A stretch of DNA of 34,880 nt, from contig JBIISS010000001.1 of NCBI GenBank assembly GCA_044340895.1, forward strand, positions 1-34,880, written 5' to 3'. A program made the translations under genes and the position numbers. The stretch's first letter is position 1, and each line of letters begins with the position of its first letter. Of the stretch, positions 17,456 through 25,505 are shown one piece after another. Below the pieces are notes generated by a model that saw only the letters and a list, made by a program, of their open reading frames with translations, searched no databases and was not told the origin of the DNA. The stretch is from Microbacteriaceae bacterium (GTDB lineage: Bacteria > Actinomycetota > Actinomycetes > Actinomycetales > Microbacteriaceae).

Positions 17456-18268
17456 CTAATGCGCCAGTTTGGTGACCATTGCCGAGATTGACGTGACGTC
17501 AACCACCGAGTGAAGGTCGTCTTGGTCGACGGCGACATAGGCGTGACCCAGGTCGTGGGCAAGATCTCGGAAGAGAAACCGCACAGATGATGGCGTCGTG
17601 CGGGGAAGGATTTCGATGCTTGAACTTCGCGCGGGCATCCACACCATGTTCGCCAGTCCGGCTCCATGTTGGGCGACAAGCACTCCCGTTCGCGACATCA
17701 TCTCGACTTGATCGCGGGGTGCCATGTTCTCGCCGCGAAAGACACCTACGGGAGTTACTTCGTTTAGCGCCCGAAACAGCTCATCGGAATTGGCGATCGA
17801 CCGTCGGGCCGTGCCTGCCGTCAGGTTCTCCGCTTGGGTGTCGAAGAAGGGATGTCCGGGCAGGCGCTCAATCAGGGTTGTCGCACCCTCACCCGGTATC
17901 ACACCTAGGCCTAATCGTGACCTCACACGAGCACAAGCTTGGCGAATCTGCGATCGACGTCGGCGTCCCTTATTCTCCAGGGTGGGCAGGAGCACAAGAG
18001 GCGACCTGAACGGGTTCGATGGCGAAGCTCGGAGCGACTCGATTTCTTGCTTCGGAACTATGTCGACGCGCACGTTATCTGGGAGCACGTCGAACCACAC
18101 GTTCATCGGGCCGCAGTCCCGAACGACGATGTGGTTCGAGCCAGACCGGGCAACGTGACGTTCAATCGGCAAAAAGTAGCTGAGGAGAAAATGGTAAAAG
18201 TGCTCGACGGAGGAGCCAGCGTTGGGCATCTGCGGCAGGAGAATGTGTGGTTGCCGTGTGCGTCGCAT
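17456..18268 (-). CDS. Glycosyltransferase family 61 (DUF563) protein
   Basis: 270 aa with no signal peptide or TM segment. The N-terminus has EHFYHFLLSYFLP. The C-terminal block RRSIANSDELFRALNE..ENMAPRDQVEMMSRTGVLVAQHGAGLANMVWMP..SIEILP...FLFRDLAHDLGHAY fits the GT61 pattern (R.I.N..E....E.....EQV.....G.HGAGL.N..F...E..P). Confidence 0.7.
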   Translation of the reverse strand: MRRTRQPHILLPQMPNAGSSVEHFYHFLLSYFLPIERHVARSGSNHIVVRDCGPMNVWFDVLPDNVRVDIVPKQEIESLRASPSNPFRSPLVLLPTLENKGRRRRSQIRQACARVRSRLGLGVIPGEGATTLIERLPGHPFFDTQAENLTAGTARRSIANSDELFRALNEVTPVGVFRGENMAPRDQVEMMSRTGVLVAQHGAGLANMVWMPARSSSIEILPRTTPSSVRFLFRDLAHDLGHAYVAVDQDDLHSVVDVTSISAMVTKLAH

Positions 18269-18377
18269 GATTGGGCAAGTTTAGAAGATGCGACGGAGTC
18301 GCACTGCCGAAACGTGTAGACCCACTAAACGTCAAAGCGGGACTCGACGACGTTCAATCCTGGAAAACTTTTGCCCC

Positions 18378-19511
18378 TCAAGCGCGCGCAAACCGGCGAC
18401 GCGAAACCGCCATGACGGTCACGCCCGCACCGACAAACACCGCGCCGAGTGTCAACAACGTCAGGAGCTGCCCGCTGACATTGCCTGTATCAGGGAGCTG
18501 GGCCGGCTCGCTCACCACATAGACGAAGCTGCCACCCGTAATCCAAAACTGATCTGCAACAGGATTGCGATCAAGCAAGTACCAACCGCCTGGATTCGCA
18601 GTCGTTACATCAATGGGATCTCCGGCGTCAAAGGTCGTTGTATCCGTAGGGATGAGGTCGCCAGACGACGGGCTAAAGATATAGGCCAGGCGCCCATCGA
18701 CACTAAAGGCAACATCTTTTGGCTCATCGGTGAAGACATGTTCTGTCGCAAGGGTCGCCGTGTTGATGACCGTGGTAACTGTGGGAGACATCGAGAACGA
18801 CGTCACATATACCTTCGCCCCATCCGGTGAGATCGCGATCGTTGTGCCCTGAAGGTGATCTGTCGGAATCAACGAGTCGATTACCGTGTTAGTTGCGGTG
18901 TTGATGACAACAAGGGAGCCGTCAGAACAATTCACGAACACCTTCATCCCGTCGGGGGAAATAACGAGACCAGTCGGGCCGCCGCACGGGGAAATCGTCG
19001 TGACCACGGTGTCGCTCGCTACGTCAATAACCTTGACATCGGTTCCCGATCCGTTGTTTGTCGCCGCAACATACGCGCGCTCGCCGTCCGGGGTGAATGC
19101 AATTTGACCGACCCCCGAAGTTCCTACAGTGATTGGCGAGCCGAACGTGAGACTCGACGGAGAGAAAGGCAAGACCTTACCCTCGCCAAGGCTGAGGTAC
19201 GCCTTCTGACCATTTGGAGCCATGGCTATCGAATGGGTCACGCCGGCGCAGACGATGCCCGTCGAGAGCGGGTCCCCCACGCGCAACAGAGTCTTGGTGT
19301 CAACGACAACAAGTGAGCAGTCGCCCTCCAACATTCCACTTTCGTTTTGCACGACGTAGGCAAGTGACCCGTCGGGGGAGAACGCGACGCCCGAAGTGCC
19401 GAAGAATCCCTCGAGGGAGCTGACGACGGATGGGCTCGCTTGCGCTGCTGGAGCAGCCGCCAACACGGACATTGCCACGACAAATGTGGCGGCCAGAGCC
19501 TTGAACTTCAC
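18378..19511 (-). CDS. LPxTG-anchored YVTN-type beta-propeller repeat surface protein
   Basis: 377 aa. GTG start with AAGGAG (rc of 19518-19523). The signal peptide is MKFKALAATFVVAMSVLAAAPAAQA. The repeats are GVAFSPDGSLAYVV, SIAMAPNGQKAYLS, QIAFTPDGERAYVA, GLVISPDGMKVFVN, TIAISPDGAKVYVT and DVAFSVDGRLAYIF. The C-terminus has LPDTG, a hydrophobic stretch and RRRFARA. Confidence 0.8.
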   Translation of the reverse strand: MKFKALAATFVVAMSVLAAAPAAQASPSVVSSLEGFFGTSGVAFSPDGSLAYVVQNESGMLEGDCSLVVVDTKTLLRVGDPLSTGIVCAGVTHSIAMAPNGQKAYLSLGEGKVLPFSPSSLTFGSPITVGTSGVGQIAFTPDGERAYVAATNNGSGTDVKVIDVASDTVVTTISPCGGPTGLVISPDGMKVFVNCSDGSLVVINTATNTVIDSLIPTDHLQGTTIAISPDGAKVYVTSFSMSPTVTTVINTATLATEHVFTDEPKDVAFSVDGRLAYIFSPSSGDLIPTDTTTFDAGDPIDVTTANPGGWYLLDRNPVADQFWITGGSFVYVVSEPAQLPDTGNVSGQLLTLLTLGAVFVGAGVTVMAVSRRRFARA

Positions 19512-19608
19512 GGAATTCTCCTTCGCACGTGGCTTAAGCGACCAATCCCCTAAAGCCTAACCGTCCAGGGTGCGCGTCTGCTGAGATGACGCGCGTCGTC
19601 TAACCGGA

Positions 19609-19637
19609 TGCTAGACGTTGAAGCGGAACTCGACCAC
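19609..19637 (-). repeat. Direct repeat copy B (the functional ychF 3' end and stop)
   Basis: TGCTAGACGTTGAAGCGGAACTCGACCAC encodes ..VVEFRFNV* of ychF. See copy A at 17134-17162. Confidence 0.85.
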
Positions 19638-20693
19638 GTCGCCATCGTTCATGACGTAGTCCTTGCCCTCCATGCGGGCCTTGCCCTTGGCGCGAGCCTC
19701 GGCGACCGAACCGGTCTCGACGAGGTCGGCGAACGAAATGACTTCGGCCTTGATGAAGCCCTTCTCGAAGTCGGTGTGGATGACACCGGCAGCCTGCGGA
19801 GCCTTCCAGCCCTTGCCGATTGTCCAGGCGCGCGACTCCTTGGGTCCGGCGGTGAGGTAGGTCTGTAGTCCGAGCGTGTCGAAGCCAATGCGTGCGAGCT
19901 GGTCGAGGCCCGACTCGGGCTGACCGGTTGAGGCCAGAAGTTCCGCCGCGTCCTCGGCGGAGAGGTCGATGAGTTCACTCTCGAGCTTGGCGTCGAGCAA
20001 CACAGCCTTGGCCGGAGCAACGAGGGCTTCAAGCTCGGCGCGCTTGCCGGCATCCGACAGCACGGCCTCGTCGACGTTGAACACGTAAAGGAACGGCTTG
20101 GCGGTCAGCAACCCAAGTTCACGAATTGGGGTGATGTCGACCTTGCTCGCCGAAAGCGGGGTGCCCGAGTCGAGCACCGCACGCGCCTCTTCGAGCGTCT
20201 CGAGAACAACTGGCTCAGCCTTCTTCGCCTTGACCTCTTTTTCGATGCGGGAGTGCGCCTTCTCGATGGTCTGCAGGTCGGCCAAAATCAGCTCGGTGTT
20301 GATGGTTTCCATGTCGCTCTTGGGATTGACCACACCGTCGACGTGAACAACGTCGGGATCGGCGAATCCCCGAACGACCTGTGCGATTGCATCCGCCTCG
20401 CGAATGTTCGCGAGAAACTGGTTGCCCAATCCCTCACCCTCGCTCGCGCCCTTGACGATGCCGGCGATGTCGACGAACGATACGGCAGCGGGCAGGATGC
20501 GCTCGCTGCCGAAAATCTCAGCAAGCACGTTCAGGCGGGCGTCGGGGAGGTTGACCACACCCACGTTCGGCTCAATCGTGGCGAACGGGTAGTTCGCAGC
20601 GAGCACCGAGTTCTTCGTGAGTGCGTTGAAAAGGGTCGATTTGCCGACGTTGGGAAGTCCGACGATGCCGATAGTAAGAGCCACGAGGGTCAA
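19611..20693 (-). CDS. ychF: Ribosome-binding / redox-regulated ATPase YchF
   Basis: Motifs GIVGLPNVGKSTLFNALT, DIAGIVKGASEGEGLGNQFL, and the C-terminal TGS-like GKDYVMNDGDVVEFRFNV. The track start is TTG 20693. GTG 20684 (VALTIGIVG) is more likely. Confidence 0.93.
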   Translation of the reverse strand: MTLVALTIGIVGLPNVGKSTLFNALTKNSVLAANYPFATIEPNVGVVNLPDARLNVLAEIFGSERILPAAVSFVDIAGIVKGASEGEGLGNQFLANIREADAIAQVVRGFADPDVVHVDGVVNPKSDMETINTELILADLQTIEKAHSRIEKEVKAKKAEPVVLETLEEARAVLDSGTPLSASKVDITPIRELGLLTAKPFLYVFNVDEAVLSDAGKRAELEALVAPAKAVLLDAKLESELIDLSAEDAAELLASTGQPESGLDQLARIGFDTLGLQTYLTAGPKESRAWTIGKGWKAPQAAGVIHTDFEKGFIKAEVISFADLVETGSVAEARAKGKARMEGKDYVMNDGDVVEFRFNV

Positions 20694-20705
20694 GCCTACC
20701 GGCGG

Positions 20706-20924
20706 TTACAGCACGTCTTGAATCGTCACCGCGAAGGTGAAGTGCCAACCAAGCCACCACCAGGCCGCAATGATTCCGACCCGGGTTGTGCGCAGTCGCA
20801 TGACGTGATCGAGCATGTCGGCGAGAGGTGCAAGTCGCCGCGGACGCCAGCGAGCGAAAACTTCAGTGAGTGCCATGGCCACGAGAATCGCGAGGTACCC
20901 GGCCGTCGTGATCCACCACAGCAT
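20706..20924 (-). CDS. Small two-TM membrane protein (72 aa), function unknown
   Basis: I prefer ATG 20924 (MLWWITTAGYLAILV...). Its start overlaps the upstream stop as TAATG. It has a conserved-looking tail, AAWWWLGWHFTF. The track ORF's longer N-terminus would overlap the upstream gene. Confidence 0.55.
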   Translation of the reverse strand: MLWWITTAGYLAILVAMALTEVFARWRPRRLAPLADMLDHVMRLRTTRVGIIAAWWWLGWHFTFAVTIQDVL

Positions 20925-21532
20925 TAGTTGCCCCGCCTTCTGAAGAACCCGATCAAACTCAAGCCGCCGGCAAGCCACAGACCAACAAACAGGATGCGCC
21001 CGGGGATTGACTCAACGACCGGATCAAGAAGTATCGAGATCGTCGGAAAGTTGGCACCGCCGTTGGGCGTCGTGACCGAGAGGATGAACGCCGTCGCCTC
21101 CCACGCGCACAATGCCACCGCCCACAGAGACCACACGAGAGCAGAGCGCTTGATCGCGCGTGCCCCGTGAAAGGTGGATTTCGGTCGCGGATTCCAGGCT
21201 AGAACGAGCACGGTCAGACCGATCAAAACCATCGTGACGAGGTCGACCCAGCCATGACGCGGCGCCACAACCAGAATGATGCCAAGAGCGCCCGTTATTG
21301 CGACGACAACCCATCGTGGGGAATCCATTGGCCTGTTAATCAGCCGGATGCGCCCACCGGTGAGCCGGTCGACGATGAGCATCCCCGCGATAAGAAAGAA
21401 CAGGGCGGCGTCGACAAACGCGCCACGCCATGCTTGAAATCCTGCCATTGTGCTGAGCACGCAGATCCACAGAATCGCACTCACCGTCCACTGTGGGGTA
21501 ATCAGGCGAGTGCGCGCTGGCAACCGTGGCAT
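20924..21532 (-). CDS. Integral membrane protein (202 aa), function unknown
   Basis: I prefer ATG 21532 (MPRLPARTRLITPQW..), with GAGGGA 5 nt upstream. It has about 6 hydrophobic segments. The track ORF (to 22195) extends antisense into the MFS gene, so that part is rejected. Confidence 0.6.
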   Translation of the reverse strand: MPRLPARTRLITPQWTVSAILWICVLSTMAGFQAWRGAFVDAALFFLIAGMLIVDRLTGGRIRLINRPMDSPRWVVVAITGALGIILVVAPRHGWVDLVTMVLIGLTVLVLAWNPRPKSTFHGARAIKRSALVWSLWAVALCAWEATAFILSVTTPNGGANFPTISILLDPVVESIPGRILFVGLWLAGGLSLIGFFRRRGN

Positions 21533-21561
21533 CGTCCCTCGTTCCTTATGACTTGGCGGTT

Positions 21562-21639
21562 TCTCATTATCTTGCCCCACCGGTCGCGGTGATTGGGGGG
21601 TCGCGTGAAATGAGAGTGCGCGTGACTCGGGCAAGATAA
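21562..21639. promoter_or_regulatory. Inverted-repeat pair in the divergent membrane-protein/MFS intergenic region
   Basis: TTATCTTGCCC (21567-21577) pairs with GGGCAAGATAA (21629-21639), a perfect 11-bp match. TCTCATT (21562-21568) pairs with AATGAGA (21609-21615). The right arm ends 5 nt before the MFS ATG. Confidence 0.35.
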
Positions 21640-21644
21640 GACCG

Positions 21645-22898
21645 ATGGATGCGCAACGACTCACACAACGAGTCCCACAATTACGACCGCTGTGGCACGG
21701 CCGCGCCCTCGCGCTCATCGGCATCTTGGTTGTTGCCCTCAACCTGCGCGCCTCAACAAACCTGCTCTCGTCGATATACCCCTTCATTCGGGAGAGTTTC
21801 GCTGTGTCGCCGCTGGTTGTCGGCATCATCGGCACGATTGCGCCGTTCTCGTTCGCGCTGGCCGCGCTGGTCACGCCACGAATCGGTCGCCGTCTGGGTC
21901 TCGAAGCCGCGTTACTCCTCGCGATCACGCTCATTGTGGTGGGGCACATTTTGCGCACCGTTGCGCCGAGCCACTGGTTCTTGATGGTCGGCGCCGCGCT
22001 GTCGCTGATTGGCACGGGTATGGGCAACGTGCTGTTGCCACCCGCGGTGAAAAAGTACTTTCCCGACCGTATCGGCCTGATGACCGCGATGTACATGACG
22101 CTGATGAGCGTGAGCGCCACGGTGCCGGCCCTCATTGGCGTGCCGATGAGCGAATCGGTTGGCTGGCGCATGAGTCTTGTCGTCTGGGTGTGCACGGCAG
22201 CGGTTGCGGTGATCCCGTGGGTGGTCGAGTTGCGAAACGCACGTCAGTCCCCGGGCGGCACCAACACAGCCGACCTCATCGCCGACCCCACACAGTCGCA
22301 CGTGCCGGTGTGGCGCTCCCCCACCGCGTGGGCCATCACACTCGTTCTTGCAGTTTCGTCGATCAACGGTTATGTCTCCTACGCCTGGTTGGCAATCATG
22401 ATGCCGGATGTCGCCGGTCTCGACACCTCCGGCAGCGCCCTCATGCTCGCCGTTTATGGCGTGACCGGCCTGCCTCCAGCGCTCATCATTCCGATTCTCG
22501 CAAGCCGAATGAAGCGAGCAGATCGGCTCGTTCACCTCGGCACCGCGTTCTTCATGATTGGCTGGCTCGGGTTCTTGATCGCACCGGCCAACGGCACCTG
22601 GGTGTGGGGCACAATCCTCGGTTTCGGTGGCCTGTTGTTCCCACTGTCGCTCGTGCTCATCAACCTGCGCAGTCGCACGACCGCAACCTCAATGACGGTC
22701 AGCGGATTCGCCCAAGTCGGCGCCTATCTCTTTGCCGGGATCGGCCCCATCGTCGTTGGAGTGCTTCACGAAGTGCAGGGCGACTGGCACGGAGTTCTCA
22801 TTTTTCTCGTTCTCATCACCACGCCCGCATTCTTCGGCGGAATCGTGCTCAGTCGCAATCGGATGATCGACGACGAGCTGAAACGAGTGAGCGGCTAG
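21645..22898 (+). CDS. MFS transporter (CynX/NimT-like)
   Basis: 417 aa with 12 predicted TM segments. The N-terminal ..ALIGILVVALNLRASTNLLSSIYPFIRESF.. resembles CynX-type MFS proteins. Confidence 0.8.
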   Translation: MDAQRLTQRVPQLRPLWHGRALALIGILVVALNLRASTNLLSSIYPFIRESFAVSPLVVGIIGTIAPFSFALAALVTPRIGRRLGLEAALLLAITLIVVGHILRTVAPSHWFLMVGAALSLIGTGMGNVLLPPAVKKYFPDRIGLMTAMYMTLMSVSATVPALIGVPMSESVGWRMSLVVWVCTAAVAVIPWVVELRNARQSPGGTNTADLIADPTQSHVPVWRSPTAWAITLVLAVSSINGYVSYAWLAIMMPDVAGLDTSGSALMLAVYGVTGLPPALIIPILASRMKRADRLVHLGTAFFMIGWLGFLIAPANGTWVWGTILGFGGLLFPLSLVLINLRSRTTATSMTVSGFAQVGAYLFAGIGPIVVGVLHEVQGDWHGVLIFLVLITTPAFFGGIVLSRNRMIDDELKRVSG

Positions 22899-23881
22899 TA
22901 GCCCCAGCGGTCCGCGCGATAGTCGGCCTGTACGCGACGAATCGTGCCGGAGCGCGAACGCAACACGACCGAGTCGGTACGAATGATCGGCCCCTTGCGA
23001 CGCACACCGTCGACGAGCGCACCGTCGGTCACGCCGGTTGCCACGAAAAACGTGTTGTCGCTGGCAACGAGCTCGTTGGCCTCGTAGACGTAATCCATCT
23101 TCAGCCCGGCGGCGATGCCCTTTTGGCGTTCGGCGTCATCCTTCGGAGCGAGAATCCCCTGAATGAACCCATCGAGAGCCTTGATTGCACAGGCCGTGAC
23201 GATGCCTTCGGGGCTGCCGCCGATGCCGACGCACATGTCGATACGCGATTCGTAGCGCGCCGCGTTGATGCCACCGGCCACATCCCCGTCGAGCAGCAGG
23301 CGCGTGCCCGCACCCGACTCGCGAATTTGACGAACCAAATCTTCGTGGCGCGGGCGGTCGAGCACAGCGATGCTCATCTCCGAGACATCCTTGCCCTTGG
23401 CCTTTGCCAGCGCCCGGATGTTCTCGCCAATCGGCTTGCGAATGTCCACAACGCCGCGCGCCTCAATGCCGGCAACGATTTTGTCCATGTAGAACACGCT
23501 GGATGCGTCGAGCATCGATCCGCGGTCGGACACCGCGATGACCGAAATCGCGTTCTGGCGACCGGCGCCCGTGAGACTCGTGCCGTCGATGGGGTCGACC
23601 GCGATGTCACACTGCGGGCCATTGCCGTTGCCGACGCGTTCGCCGTTGAAGAGCATGGGGGCGTCGTCTTTTTCACCCTCACCGATGACAATCACGCCGT
23701 CGAAGTCGACCGTGGCGAGGAAGGCGCGCATGGCCTCCACCGCGGCACCATCGGCAGCGTTCTTGTCGCCCTTACCGATGAACGGGTAGGCGCTAATCGC
23801 GGCCGCTTCGGTGGCTCGAACGAGTTCCATCGCGAGGTTGCGGTCGGGGTGCTCACTGGGGCGATACGCGTCTTTGCTCAC
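22895..23881 (-). CDS. glpX: Class II fructose-1,6-bisphosphatase
   Basis: 328 aa with a GTG start. Motifs LVRATEAAAISAYPFIGKGDKNAADGAAVEAMR, VIGEGEKDDAPML, AVDPIDGT and GIGGSPEG. Confidence 0.93.
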   Translation of the reverse strand: MSKDAYRPSEHPDRNLAMELVRATEAAAISAYPFIGKGDKNAADGAAVEAMRAFLATVDFDGVIVIGEGEKDDAPMLFNGERVGNGNGPQCDIAVDPIDGTSLTGAGRQNAISVIAVSDRGSMLDASSVFYMDKIVAGIEARGVVDIRKPIGENIRALAKAKGKDVSEMSIAVLDRPRHEDLVRQIRESGAGTRLLLDGDVAGGINAARYESRIDMCVGIGGSPEGIVTACAIKALDGFIQGILAPKDDAERQKGIAAGLKMDYVYEANELVASDNTFFVATGVTDGALVDGVRRKGPIIRTDSVVLRSRSGTIRRVQADYRADRWGY

Positions 23882-23984
23882 GAGTTCACCCTACTCGCGC
23901 GCAACTATGCTGGAAGGGTCACGCGCTCACAGCGCATCCACTTTTCTTCGCACCGGAAGTGCGGAGTCGGCCAAGGAGCATCAC

Positions 23985-25010
<1,026 letters not shown>

Positions 25011-25013
25011 CCA

Positions 25014-25487
25014 GTGTCAGCTAACACCCCGACGCCCGTGGTCGAACGCGACCCCGCGTTGCGCACGGATCGCCTGCTCACATGGGTGATCATCGGCTTT
25101 GCCATCATCCAGGTGCTTAGCTCGTTGAGCCAGTACACGAACATGGTTCAGGTGCTCAGCGAGGTCTACCTGCAATTTGAAGCAATCGACCCGTCCATCA
25201 GCATCGGACGCTATGAAGACGCCGAGTTTGCGGCGCTCATTGGGCAGATCATGATGACACTCGATGGTGCGATTCTTGGCTTCACAATCTGGTGGGCCCT
25301 GGCGCGCATGCGCACCAACCGACGCGCATTCTGGGTTCCGGTTCTGGGGTGGCTTGTGTCGACCGTGACGTCTGTGATTCTGCTCGCGGTTGCGCTCAAC
25401 CACGACCCGGCATTCGTCGCAGAGCTGATGTCGTTCATGCAACGCGTCGCCGAGAGTGGCATGCCTACCGTGGCGCCCAGCAGCTAG
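25014..25487 (+). CDS. Membrane protein (157 aa), function unknown
   Basis: GTG start 3 nt after the fba stop; AGGAAAG at 25001-25007. It has 3-4 hydrophobic segments and no motif I recognise. Confidence 0.55.
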   Translation: MSANTPTPVVERDPALRTDRLLTWVIIGFAIIQVLSSLSQYTNMVQVLSEVYLQFEAIDPSISIGRYEDAEFAALIGQIMMTLDGAILGFTIWWALARMRTNRRAFWVPVLGWLVSTVTSVILLAVALNHDPAFVAELMSFMQRVAESGMPTVAPSS

Positions 25488-25505
25488 CTTTCGCGAGCAA
25501 GTGAG

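Noticed and set aside
17246-17491. 81-aa ORF (TTG start; internal ATG 17351 gives a 46-aa basic peptide, MARGKAKGRAARW..) in the 290-bp non-coding tail of the GT61 insert
   Set aside because: The start context is poor, it converges on and overlaps the GT61 3' end, and no family is recognisable. It remains possible as a small protein, but the sequence alone does not support it.
18270-18377. Imperfect long-range inverted repeat bracketing the YVTN/GT61 intergenic region: TTGGGCAAGTTT at the left end and AAAACTTTTGCCCCTCAA at the right, suggesting a MITE-like element
   Set aside because: The arms align only with indels. There are no target-site duplications and no second copy in the window. It more likely reflects ordinary terminator or promoter structure.
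21533-22195. N-terminal extensions of track ORFs: 20924-22195, 25506-26921, 23811-25010, 10686-11681, 16340-17164, 29302-30738, 12128-12919 and 20706-20978
   Set aside because: The extensions run into or antisense to neighbouring genes, or they precede an obvious signal peptide or conserved N-terminus. Internal starts with better SD sequences and family-typical N-termini were chosen instead.
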